This document shows, one piece after another, positions 29,337 through 38,395 of a stretch of DNA of 64,000 nt. The translations under genes were made by a program, and so were the position numbers. The DNA is from an uncultured bacterium (GTDB lineage: Bacteria > UBP7 > UBA6624). The notes beneath the pieces were generated by a model. It made no database searches, was not told where the DNA came from, and worked only from the letters and a program-made list of their open reading frames with translations. The DNA is taken from assembly GCA_964012435.1 (NCBI GenBank), contig CAXGSM010000001.1, positions 95,414 to 159,413 on the forward strand, written 5' to 3'. Numbering within the stretch: position 1 is the first letter of the stretch; the number at the start of each line of letters is the position of its first letter.

Positions 29337-30989
29337 ATTGAGAAGCCTTTTCTTCTCAACTGAAGTCAGTATAAATAATATTACCAACTTTAATGCCGGC
29401 AAGCCTATACCTAAAGGCATCCACCAAGTGCTACTTTCTGTCATTAGTTTGTATGTTGAGCCGGAAAGTAATCCTAAACCTACGGCTGGAAGGAAGATTG
29501 ATATCCAGGCTGGATAATTATCTGCAGAATCTAATTTTTTAGAAAGGGGTAATGCTGGATTTAATATCGTGTCAAGCTTTATGGCCAAAAGACAATCAAG
29601 AACAAGGGACACTATCATTGATATCGTGTATTTAAACAAAAGAGGTTCATTAACCCCATGAAAAAGTAAATGAACTGTTAGGCCATAAAGGATAGTTATT
29701 GGTCCCAGGTATATCAACCATGTTAAAAACAGTGAGCATCTATGTATGAAAAGAGGATCTATCGGCAAGGAAAGAAACCTCAATCCACCATCTCCATGTT
29801 TAGCATATCTAAACTGATGAACAAAGCTTGTTGATCCCAGGATGCCAATTGCAGGTATCAATGCAGAAAAACCAATCATAAGCCTTCTTCCCCATGTAAC
29901 CTGATTATCCGGACTTATTATGTGCGACATCTCTCCAGGTCTATACCATGCAATCAAGAAGGGTATAGCCAAAAGAACATATAGAGGAGGTATGTTTTGC
30001 TTTAACCTTTCCTCCCATTGGAGATGCCTGAAAAGTATATGCATGACAGCCCCTCTTTTGCCAAAAAACTTTGGCCAGAGCCTAGCAACTGAGTATCTCT
30101 TTGTTTTTCTTTTTGCTATCTCTTTGCTCAATAGGAAATCAAAGGATTTTATTGCTGGAATTGACAGTATTGCTGACAAGATTATTGTTACTAAAGTTGT
30201 TAATCCATATTGAGAAACATATGATGGTAACCCATTTATGAATTCAAACATTACGGAAAACCAAAGTGGAGGCAGGTACCATGTGGCTGACCCAGGGTCC
30301 AGATCCAGCCTAAGAGCGAGAGAGTCTGTATGTCCAGTGCTTGACCATATAACGAATGCCCCTAGAACAGAAACCATAATCATGCTTGTTATCCAAGAAA
30401 TATGAGGCCTAATTATTTTTAGCCTCCATAGTGACGAGTACAAAAGTATAGTGAAGGATTGCGTAAAGGCTGTAAAGAACACCGAAACCAAACAGAGCCC
30501 AATTATAGATTTTGCAATTTCAAAAATAGCTGATAAGTTTAAGCCAGAATTTATTATTGGTTTTATTTGTAAAAAAATGACTGATGGTAAATTAAAAAAT
30601 ATAGACCATATCACACCAAATATAAACAGTACAAAAAGTTTTGCTTTAGCAAAATCACTAGGTGATAGAGGCAAGGCTCTAAGAAGCAAGTTTCCCTGGT
30701 GTGAAAGTATCAGGTGCCCCATATTTAATGCCGTGAAGCCCAAAAGCACGAAGAAGAGAAGAGAAAGAGCAACAAAATTGGTTGTTATCATTGAACCATA
30801 TTGCCAAAGTACCGAAAAAACATAACCTATTGCAGAGAGAGCTAAAAGAGGAATTAGAAAACCTATTGTTTCTACTGTTTTTGACTGGAGTAGCTTTTCG
30901 GCTGTTCCTCCAATTTTTATAGACATGCCTCTTCTAAATGATATAAGCTCCATCCTGAGGAGCGCATTGAATGAAGATCTTTCCTTCAA
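29328..30989 (-). CDS. polytopic membrane protein, putative permease partner of the upstream ABC ATPase
   Basis: 553 aa with at least 12 predicted hydrophobic helices. 4-nt overlap with the ATPase gene. No family motif recognised. Confidence 0.55.
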   Translation of the reverse strand: MKERSSFNALLRMELISFRRGMSIKIGGTAEKLLQSKTVETIGFLIPLLALSAIGYVFSVLWQYGSMITTNFVALSLLFFVLLGFTALNMGHLILSHQGNLLLRALPLSPSDFAKAKLFVLFIFGVIWSIFFNLPSVIFLQIKPIINSGLNLSAIFEIAKSIIGLCLVSVFFTAFTQSFTILLYSSLWRLKIIRPHISWITSMIMVSVLGAFVIWSSTGHTDSLALRLDLDPGSATWYLPPLWFSVMFEFINGLPSYVSQYGLTTLVTIILSAILSIPAIKSFDFLLSKEIAKRKTKRYSVARLWPKFFGKRGAVMHILFRHLQWEERLKQNIPPLYVLLAIPFLIAWYRPGEMSHIISPDNQVTWGRRLMIGFSALIPAIGILGSTSFVHQFRYAKHGDGGLRFLSLPIDPLFIHRCSLFLTWLIYLGPITILYGLTVHLLFHGVNEPLLFKYTISMIVSLVLDCLLAIKLDTILNPALPLSKKLDSADNYPAWISIFLPAVGLGLLSGSTYKLMTESSTWWMPLGIGLPALKLVILFILTSVEKKRLLNLR

Positions 30990-31738
30990 AGCCTTTCTAT
31001 TATTTCTTGCGAGAGGTCGAAATAACTTTTTTCTTGAGCCTCTTTCCTAAATAGCTTTTCTAATTTTCCAGGATTTTTTTTGATTTCTTCATGATTAAGG
31101 TTGTGTTTTATTTGACCATCAATAAGGATTGTTACCTTGTCGCATACCCTTTCAACAACCTCCACTATATGGCTTGAGTAAATGATGGTTTTACCTTGTT
31201 TTGAAAAATCCTGGATAAGGTCACGGAAAACTAATACTGCATTAACATCCATTCCTGATAAAGGTTCATCGAGAAGTAAAACTTCCGGATTATGAATGAC
31301 TGAAGAGGATATCATTATCTTTTGCTTCATTCCTCTTGAGAAAGAAGACATTTTTTCATGGATTACATGTCCAAGTTGAAAAAGATCTAATAGATCATCA
31401 ATTCGTTTTTGAGCTTTAGCTCTGGACATTTCATGAATTTCACCAATAACATGAAGGAATTCATGTGGTGTTAGATGCTCATAGATGGTTAACTCTTCTG
31501 GCACAAAACCCACAAGCTTTCTGGCTTCTATTGGGTTATTGTATGGGTCTATACCATGTATTTTTATTACTCCAGAGTCTGGCTTTAAAAGCCCTAGAAG
31601 AAGTTTTATTGTAGTTGATTTTCCAGCTCCGTTCGGTCCTAGGTAACCATGTATCATTCCAGGCTGCACCTTAAGGGATATGTCTTTTAAGACATTGTTA
31701 TCGCCATAGGACATTTTTATATTTTCAATCTCTATCAT
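30986..31738 (-). CDS. ABC transporter ATP-binding protein (ABC-2/DrrA-like)
   Basis: 250 aa. Walker A GPNGAGKST, degenerate signature FSRGMKQK, Walker B LLLDEPLSGMD. Confidence 0.9.
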   Translation of the reverse strand: MIEIENIKMSYGDNNVLKDISLKVQPGMIHGYLGPNGAGKSTTIKLLLGLLKPDSGVIKIHGIDPYNNPIEARKLVGFVPEELTIYEHLTPHEFLHVIGEIHEMSRAKAQKRIDDLLDLFQLGHVIHEKMSSFSRGMKQKIMISSSVIHNPEVLLLDEPLSGMDVNAVLVFRDLIQDFSKQGKTIIYSSHIVEVVERVCDKVTILIDGQIKHNLNHEEIKKNPGKLEKLFRKEAQEKSYFDLSQEIIERL

Positions 31739-31753
31739 CGTTATTAATTCTAA

Positions 31754-31978
31754 TTATTTTATTATGCTTCCGACTCCAAGTCTATATAAGATTGTCAGCA
31801 ACAACGAGATAATTATCATTGAAGATATCGGAATATATATACTTATGTTGTTTTTTTTAATTAAAAAATCTCCCGGCAATTTGAAAAGTTGTAATCCGTT
31901 ATTTTCTAGAAAGTAAATTAAGGCTGAAGCAATCAGAAAGAAAATTGCAATAAACAAGCTTACACGAGAAAGGTTCAT
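31754..31978 (-). CDS. DUF2905-like small membrane protein
   Basis: 74 aa with two TM helices flanking the KLPGDFLIKKNN motif typical of DUF2905. Its ATG overlaps the rusA stop (ATGA). Confidence 0.6.
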   Translation of the reverse strand: MNLSRVSLFIAIFFLIASALIYFLENNGLQLFKLPGDFLIKKNNISIYIPISSMIIISLLLTILYRLGVGSIIK

Positions 31979-32412
31979 GAGATATCCGGGAGCGTGTATA
32001 TTTCAACTTCTAGCCTTGGAGGCTCACCTTGTGCGGCTATTCTTTTTTTGATAGTCAGTTCAGAAATTTGACCATCATCATGATATAAGACCCCATTCAG
32101 GCCATCTTTAACTGATTTTGCAATATTGTCTGCATCAGGCCTTTTTGCATGATGTCTTTCGAGTCTTGGATTTGTTTTTCTGTATTGACTTTTTGGACAT
32201 GGGAAATAAGCTGTAATGTTTAGACCTATCGCACCTTCCATTAAATTTTTAAAGTTTATTTTTTCAAGCTCTTTTTTTGCTATATATGAAATATCAGCTT
32301 TATAAACCCTGCTGGCTTGAGGGTCAACAGCAGATACATATTTGCCTCTTCTGTAAAATCTAGGCCTACCTTGAGCTACGGGCTTTCCAGGAATTGTAAA
32401 TCGCACTCTCAT
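31975..32412 (-). CDS. rusA: RusA-family crossover junction endodeoxyribonuclease
   Basis: 145 aa. GKPVAQGRPRF near the N-terminus and the acidic catalytic blocks RPDADNIAKSVKDGL...YHDDGQI (the DxDN...DDxQ pattern of RusA). Confidence 0.75.
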   Translation of the reverse strand: MRVRFTIPGKPVAQGRPRFYRRGKYVSAVDPQASRVYKADISYIAKKELEKINFKNLMEGAIGLNITAYFPCPKSQYRKTNPRLERHHAKRPDADNIAKSVKDGLNGVLYHDDGQISELTIKKRIAAQGEPPRLEVEIYTLPDIS

Positions 32413-33143
32413 AGGGCCTCTTCATCAATATCCAAATTTGTCCATACACAATTTACATCATCAAGATCTTCAAGCTGTTCCAGAAGTTCAATAATTGATT
32501 TTTGTTTCTCCTTGTTTGCAATCAGGCTTTCTGGATCAAAGATTATTCTTGTTGTCGTCTTGCTTTCCGTTTCTTTTTTTAAAGCTTCGTTTGCTTCGGA
32601 TGTTAGATTTAACGGAACGGTAACAATTGTTTCATTTTGAAAATTTTCAACTTTTAAATAATCTTCAATTCCTGAATTTATAAGCATTTCCAGAATTTTT
32701 TCTTCATTTATCTTTTTAAAAATTTTAATCATTCCACATTTTTTAAAAAGATATGAAACTGCTCCTGAGCTTGCAAGGCTCCCGCCTTTTTTATTTAAAA
32801 CTGTTCTAACTTCAGCAGCAGCTCTGTTTTTATTATCTGTCATTATTTCTATAAGTATTCCAACTCCACCTGGAGCGTAAGCTTCATAAAGAGCTTTTTC
32901 AAAAGAGTTTGCCTCAGAGCTTTGAGCTGCTTTTATTGATGATTTTATTTTGTCTTTTGGGAAGTTTATTTCCTTTGCTCTTTCTATTGCTGACCGTAAT
33001 GAAAAATTAAAATTTGCATCTGAGCCACCCTCTTTGACAGCGACCATTATCTCTCTTGAGACTTTAGCAAAAGCCTTGCCCCTCTTGGCGTCAACTGCTG
33101 CTTTTCTGTGCTGTATGTTTGCCCATTTGCTGTGTCCAGCCAT
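32409..33143 (-). CDS. yebC: YebC/PmpR family DNA-binding transcriptional regulator
   Basis: 244 aa starting MAGHSKWANIQHRKAAVDAKRGK, the signature YebC N-terminus. Confidence 0.9.
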   Translation of the reverse strand: MAGHSKWANIQHRKAAVDAKRGKAFAKVSREIMVAVKEGGSDANFNFSLRSAIERAKEINFPKDKIKSSIKAAQSSEANSFEKALYEAYAPGGVGILIEIMTDNKNRAAAEVRTVLNKKGGSLASSGAVSYLFKKCGMIKIFKKINEEKILEMLINSGIEDYLKVENFQNETIVTVPLNLTSEANEALKKETESKTTTRIIFDPESLIANKEKQKSIIELLEQLEDLDDVNCVWTNLDIDEEAL

Positions 33144-33145
33144 AA

Positions 33146-34534
33146 TTAAAAACTATGTTGAATTCCTGAAAAAACTGTCTGTTCAGCGTTTTGAATTTTT
33201 TCAAGCCCAACAACTATGTTTGTTGATTTTGAAATAGGAATACCTAGTTTTATTTTTAGATTCACATCTAGATCTTCTGGCCACCATGCTATTGTTTTTA
33301 AGCTTATATTTTGATTAAATGATATTTCAGCAGCTGTATTTCCCCTGAACCTTCCGGCTCCAAGGTTGATCTTTGTCCCCCTTAGTCCAGCGAAAAAATT
33401 AGTTTGGGACTCATTCCACCATTCTTGATTAAGCCCAAGGTACCAGTCATCTTTCAAAAATTGAAACTCAAGCTCGCTTCCAAGGCTTTTTGATTGAGAG
33501 TCTTCATTATTTAGGTGAAAGATGCTTATGTTTGATTTTCTTTCAATTTGATTTATACCTGAAAATGTATCATTAATTGATGATGTAGCGCTATTGATAC
33601 TTTCTGTCATGCTTTGAACATCTTTAAGGAAATCTTTTTCTGAAAGCTCAGAAGTGATTGTTGAGATGTTGTTTAAGATGCTGTTGACTTCTCCTTCTAT
33701 GTTGTTAAGTCTTGAATCCATTGACAAGCCTTCAATTTCATTATTCAAGGAGGAAATTGTTTGGTTTGCATTGTCTATAAGGGAGTTTATTTGATCAGGA
33801 AGCTCAGCTGTAGCTTGGTCCATATTTGAGCTTGTGTTATCCAAATTAGCTATAACGCTGTCTGTTTTTGCTGTAATTTCTTTTATGGATCCTTTTAGCT
33901 CTTTTGTCATTTCGTCTATATTGCTAATTGTTGAGCTTAGCTTGGGTCCAATATCCTTCATTGTCACATTCATCTCTTCAAGTATTTTGTTTACACCTAA
34001 AAGTGTTGTTGTTCTTAGCTGTTTTATAACTCCTTCTAGCTCTTTTACGGCATCATCAAGATTCGGTGTTGCTTCATAGATGCCTATAGCTGTTGCTCCA
34101 TTTTGGAGATATCCACCAGGTACATTTTTATTGCAGCCAGACTCTTCATCCCCTGCTAGCTCTTCTGGAAATTCTTTTGCAGCTGTTGGGCAGCTATATA
34201 TGTCCAGAGAGGCATCACCTAAAAGGCTTCCTGTATTAATTGTGTAATAGCTCCTATTGGAAACTTTAATTCCTTTGTAAAGACCTAAATACACACGTGC
34301 TCCTCCGATTTCGGCGTCACTAATTACATTATTAACTGTTCCAACCCTTACCCCATTTTGTCTTACATCAGCCCCTCTAACAAGTCCCTTTACGTTTCTG
34401 AATTTAACATTCACCTCAAGGCCTTTTCTTGATTCAATTGTGTTCCAGCTGAACCAAAACACTAAGCCAACCAAAATTGACACTGTTAAAAACACAAAAA
34501 AACCAAGTCTTATTAAATGTGATTGATTATTCAT
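33146..34534 (-). CDS. mlaD: long MCE-domain protein (MlaD-like) with helical extension and beta-rich C-terminus
   Basis: 462 aa. N-terminal TM helix plus MCE domain (VKFRNVKGLVRGADVRQNGVRVGTV). About 180 aa of Asn/Ser/Ile-rich helical repeats follow. The tail is about 125 aa of alternating-pattern sequence ending ...TVFSGIQHSF. Confidence 0.75.
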   Translation of the reverse strand: MNNQSHLIRLGFFVFLTVSILVGLVFWFSWNTIESRKGLEVNVKFRNVKGLVRGADVRQNGVRVGTVNNVISDAEIGGARVYLGLYKGIKVSNRSYYTINTGSLLGDASLDIYSCPTAAKEFPEELAGDEESGCNKNVPGGYLQNGATAIGIYEATPNLDDAVKELEGVIKQLRTTTLLGVNKILEEMNVTMKDIGPKLSSTISNIDEMTKELKGSIKEITAKTDSVIANLDNTSSNMDQATAELPDQINSLIDNANQTISSLNNEIEGLSMDSRLNNIEGEVNSILNNISTITSELSEKDFLKDVQSMTESINSATSSINDTFSGINQIERKSNISIFHLNNEDSQSKSLGSELEFQFLKDDWYLGLNQEWWNESQTNFFAGLRGTKINLGAGRFRGNTAAEISFNQNISLKTIAWWPEDLDVNLKIKLGIPISKSTNIVVGLEKIQNAEQTVFSGIQHSF

Positions 34535-34561
34535 CTTTCTTAATTATAAAATCCTTATTCA

Positions 34562-35335
34562 TTATGTTGGTAACCCCTTTATAAATTTGCTTAATTTATT
34601 CAAATTTGAATCTTTGTAATCTGTTTTTTCTGATTTAATAATTTTTTGTATTCCTTTTTTGTCCGCATTAGCTGAAACAATTCCACCTTCAACGAGTATC
34701 GTTTTTGTACAAACTTCAGATATGAAATTTATATCATGACTAACTATTATTGAAATTTTGGAATTAGACAAAGATGATTTAATTATTTCAATTATGCTTC
34801 TCGACCTTTGTGGATCCAGGCCGGTTGTGGGTTCATCAAACAACATTATCTCTGGACTCGTTACAAGGGTTCTAGCCAGACCAACTCTTCTTGCTTGCCC
34901 TCCGGAAAGTTGGCTAACAAATCTTTTTCTAATGTTTCCAATATCATCAAGGCCGACTGATTCAAGTATTTTATCTATCGTGGAGCTCCATTCTTTTTTA
35001 GGCACACCTGTTGCCTCCATCGCAAATTTAAGATTTCCTTCAACGTTCAGAAAGTCAAAAAGAGCTCCTGCTTGAAAAACCATGCCTATTTTTTTTGATA
35101 TAGCCTTTTTTCTTACAATGGTATTTTTCCATATCGATTCTCCATCCACCTTGATATCGCCTTCATCTGGTCTAAGCAAACCTCCAATTATTCGTAGAAG
35201 TGTTGATTTTCCACATCCACTTTGGCCAAGTATGCCAAGCACTCCATCGGATATTGAATAGTTTAAGTTGTTAAGTATTCTTTCATCAATGTTATGCCCA
35301 AAAGATATATTTTCAATTTCTATCTTCATGGTCAA
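34562..35335 (-). CDS. mlaF: ABC transporter ATP-binding protein MlaF-like
   Basis: 257 aa. Walker A GQSGCGKST, signature LSGGQARRVGLARTL, Walker B MLFDEPTTGLD. Sits between mlaE and mlaD. Confidence 0.85.
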   Translation of the reverse strand: MTMKIEIENISFGHNIDERILNNLNYSISDGVLGILGQSGCGKSTLLRIIGGLLRPDEGDIKVDGESIWKNTIVRKKAISKKIGMVFQAGALFDFLNVEGNLKFAMEATGVPKKEWSSTIDKILESVGLDDIGNIRKRFVSQLSGGQARRVGLARTLVTSPEIMLFDEPTTGLDPQRSRSIIEIIKSSLSNSKISIIVSHDINFISEVCTKTILVEGGIVSANADKKGIQKIIKSEKTDYKDSNLNKLSKFIKGLPT

Positions 35336-36123
35336 AAAACAAGTACGGTCATGATTAAATTTGCTATGAGTATAAATGTCATAGAGCCCACAACCCCTAT
35401 CTGTATCCTCCTTGAAAGTTCTTCTGAACTTTGGTGAACTGTCCAGCCTTGGTAAAAGCTAACAATTGTAATTATTGCTCCAAATACTACACTTTTATAG
35501 ATCGAATGATAAAGTTTTTCTATCTCAAAAAGATCTAATATCGAGAATGTCCATGTGCTCCAAGACAAATGAAGCACTCTTTCAGCTGCAAGATATCCAG
35601 CAATATTTCCCATGATGCACCCAAGAACAGTCAAGCAAGGTAAAGCTATCATAAGACCTAGCAGTCTTGGGAAAAAAAGAAATTGTATTGGGTCTGTAGA
35701 AATACTTTTAAGTGCTTCTATTTGTTCTGTTATTTTCATAGAGCCTATTGATGCAGTTATTGCACTTCCGGTCCTACCTGCAACCACAAGACCAACAAGG
35801 ATTGGAACTAGTTGAGTTACAAGCATTTGAGTTACTCCGCCACCCATGAACTCAGCACCCACGCCCGCTCTTCGAACTTCTTCTGCTATCAAATATGAAG
35901 AAGTTACTCCAGCTACCGCGCTGGTTATTGCAACTATGCCGAACGCATTAACACCAGAGCTGGAAGAAAAATAAACAAACTCAGAAAAATAATACTTATA
36001 TGGAGGGTGAAAACCTTCCCATATCGAGGAAACAAAGCTGCCTATATTTTTAAAAGCGCTCTTGCCCAGGTCAGAACTTTGATCCTGTATGCTCTTTCCA
36101 ATGTTCAAGAAGATTTTTTTCAT
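35332..36123 (-). CDS. mlaE: ABC transporter permease MlaE-like
   Basis: 263 aa. MlaE-type layout (..TGSAITASIGSMKITEQIEALKS..). 4-nt overlap with mlaF. Confidence 0.85.
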   Translation of the reverse strand: MKKIFLNIGKSIQDQSSDLGKSAFKNIGSFVSSIWEGFHPPYKYYFSEFVYFSSSSGVNAFGIVAITSAVAGVTSSYLIAEEVRRAGVGAEFMGGGVTQMLVTQLVPILVGLVVAGRTGSAITASIGSMKITEQIEALKSISTDPIQFLFFPRLLGLMIALPCLTVLGCIMGNIAGYLAAERVLHLSWSTWTFSILDLFEIEKLYHSIYKSVVFGAIITIVSFYQGWTVHQSSEELSRRIQIGVVGSMTFILIANLIMTVLVF

Positions 36124-36148
36124 TTATTTAATTCTAGATAGATAATTG

Positions 36149-37078
36149 TTAAATATCTCCAGTTGCAACCTGAAAAGATTCACCCATTCCAAATGGAGAA
36201 ATCAATTCTTTTAAAGCCATTTTATCCTTGTATGACATATCTGGTTTGACAATTTCCTCTAAAAAAGGTAAGGAAAAATTAGTTAATGTTTTTATTTTGA
36301 TATTTTTAAAATTGTTTTTTGAGCATATTTCTTCAAAAAGGTTCCACCTCACATCACTCGTCCAGTCTGTTTTGCCAGGATTAGAAAATGGTTTTAGCTG
36401 TTTATGCCCCCCAAAACCCCTAAGCGTGTCTCCATAAAGTTCATGAATACCATAATCAATAAAAATAAAACTTGATTTTTTAAACTTATTTTTTAGCCCC
36501 AAAAGGAATTTTTTTAAATCTGGTTGATATTCCAAGATTTTATTTTCTATTGGATTTTTTATGTTTTTTAAAAAGATATTGTTTTTTTTAACTTTCTCCC
36601 ATTTGTTGTTCCATTCTTTATCCTTGAAGATCCAATATTCTTCATACCAGCATCCTTTTGAAAAAAGAAATCTTCTTACAGGGAAGGCATCAAGAATTTC
36701 GATTCCAATGATTAAGCAGTTTTCATGAGGCTTCTTGGTTTTTAAATGATCATTTGGCTTTATGGTTTTGATGTTTTTTGAATCAACCCAATCCACTATT
36801 GTGTAATTTGTATTTTTTTCCAAATTTTTAAATTGTTTTGCAAAATAGCCATCCCCACCTCCAAATTCAAAAATTTTGTTGTGTTTGTTTTTTTTGAACT
36901 TCAAGCTAACCATCCTTGCTAAAATGTCACTTAGATGTATTGGGGTGTAAAAATCACCAGACCCACCAGGTTCTTTCTCTCTTTTTCTGTAGTAGCCTTG
37001 CTTCGGATGGTAAAGTGCAGACTCAAGCCATTTATCTGTCCTGTATTTTTTCGTATCATCGATCCATTTCATTTTCAC
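36149..37078 (-). CDS. SAM-dependent methyltransferase, MidA/NDUFAF7 (DUF185) family
   Basis: 309 aa. The N-terminal block YYRKREK..GGSGDFYTPIHLSDILA and the FEFGGGDGYFA SAM-binding loop resemble DUF185 proteins. Confidence 0.55.
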   Translation of the reverse strand: MKMKWIDDTKKYRTDKWLESALYHPKQGYYRKREKEPGGSGDFYTPIHLSDILARMVSLKFKKNKHNKIFEFGGGDGYFAKQFKNLEKNTNYTIVDWVDSKNIKTIKPNDHLKTKKPHENCLIIGIEILDAFPVRRFLFSKGCWYEEYWIFKDKEWNNKWEKVKKNNIFLKNIKNPIENKILEYQPDLKKFLLGLKNKFKKSSFIFIDYGIHELYGDTLRGFGGHKQLKPFSNPGKTDWTSDVRWNLFEEICSKNNFKNIKIKTLTNFSLPFLEEIVKPDMSYKDKMALKELISPFGMGESFQVATGDI

Positions 37079-37115
37079 CTTTGATTCTAAAATCTGAATG
37101 CTTATAATTGACCCG

Positions 37116-37409
37116 ATGGCTAGAAGTAAAGATTATGAAAAAATTGTTGAAAGATTGGCGCTTCTGAGCAATCTTAAATTAAATCAAGAGGAAATAAATC
37201 TTCATGCTGAGGATTTCCCAAGACTTTTAAGCTGGATGAACAAAATATCAACAACTGATTTGACTGAAGATTTCAAAAGCAATCAAAAATATACAGAAGG
37301 TGAAAGCGATATTGTTTTAGATTCATTAGATAAAGATTTAATTTTGAAAATGGCAAATAGGTCAAATGGCAATTATGTTCGTGGCCCAAAGCCAAAAGGT
37401 AGAAAGTAG
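37116..37409 (+). CDS. gatC: GatC-like protein (Asp/Glu-tRNA amidotransferase subunit C family)
   Basis: About 97 aa from ATG 37116. IVERLALLSNLKLNQEEINLHAEDFPRLLSWMNKI and the C-terminal ...ANRSNGNYVRGPKP follow the GatC pattern. No gatA or gatB adjacent. Confidence 0.5.
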   Translation: MARSKDYEKIVERLALLSNLKLNQEEINLHAEDFPRLLSWMNKISTTDLTEDFKSNQKYTEGESDIVLDSLDKDLILKMANRSNGNYVRGPKPKGRK

Positions 37410-37414
37410 CCCTG

Positions 37415-38395
37415 ATGAAAGATATCAAGAAGCTTGTTGATGAATGTTGCAAGTTGATGTCCTCTAAAAAAGAGATCAATGAAGTTTCAAGAGTGAGGTC
37501 CAAGTACCTAGATGAAGTTACTTCGAGCTTAAGGTTAATGAAAGACTTGGATTCTGTTGCGAAAAAAAAGCTTGGTTCTGAAGTTAATTTTGCCAAAAAA
37601 GCGATTCTTGAACATTATCAAAATGTTTTGCAGTCTATAAAAAGTAAAAAAACTTCCAATTTAAGCAGGATGCATTCAAAAAGCAAATTTTTACCTTCAG
37701 TTAGGTCTGTATCTGGAAAAATGCACCCTTTAGAACGTGTCAAAAGAGAGGCTATTGGCATTTTTAAGACTATGGGCTTTTCTGTTGTCGATGGTTCTGA
37801 AGTTGAGTCTGAAAATAATAATTTTTCTTTACTGAACATTCCTGAAGACCATCCTGCTAGGGATGAAACAGATACTTTTTGGATTAGCGGGGATTCTCTT
37901 TTAAGGACTCATACATCCTCTGTGCAGTCAAGAATTATGCAATCAAATGATCTTCCAATTCGGGTAATCTGCCCTGGCAGGGTTTACAGGAGGGAGAATG
38001 ATGACAGCACTCATGCAAGCGTTTTTCATCAGATAGAAGGGCTTTTGGTGGATGAGGATATAAAGTTTTCTGACCTCAAAGGGCTTTTGGCTGAATTCTG
38101 CAAAGAGTTTTTTGGAGAGGTCACTGTTAGGTTTAGGCCAGATTATTTCCCTTTTACAGAACCTTCGGCTGAAGTGGCAATCGCTTACAAGGGTAAAAAA
38201 AATGAAAATTGGATTGAGATTGGAGGATGCGGAATGGTGCATCCGAATGTTCTCAAGATGGCCGGTATAGACCCACTTAAATGGAAAGGTTTAGCTTTTG
38301 GCATGGGGGTTGATAGACTGACGATGCTTAGATACGACATAAGAGACATTAGGCTGTTGCTTGAAGGTGGATCTAAATTCATTGAACAATTCTGA
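37415..38395 (+). CDS. pheS: phenylalanine--tRNA ligase subunit alpha
   Basis: 326 aa. Class-II motifs FRPDYFPFTEPSAE and GCGMVHPNVL..GLAFGMGVDR. Confidence 0.95.
   Translation: MKDIKKLVDECCKLMSSKKEINEVSRVRSKYLDEVTSSLRLMKDLDSVAKKKLGSEVNFAKKAILEHYQNVLQSIKSKKTSNLSRMHSKSKFLPSVRSVSGKMHPLERVKREAIGIFKTMGFSVVDGSEVESENNNFSLLNIPEDHPARDETDTFWISGDSLLRTHTSSVQSRIMQSNDLPIRVICPGRVYRRENDDSTHASVFHQIEGLLVDEDIKFSDLKGLLAEFCKEFFGEVTVRFRPDYFPFTEPSAEVAIAYKGKKNENWIEIGGCGMVHPNVLKMAGIDPLKWKGLAFGMGVDRLTMLRYDIRDIRLLLEGGSKFIEQF

Noticed and set aside
31975-32412. RusA as evidence of a prophage remnant.
   Set aside because: I saw no integrase, terminase, capsid, lysis or repressor genes and no att-like repeats. The gene is start/stop-overlapped with core genes on both sides.
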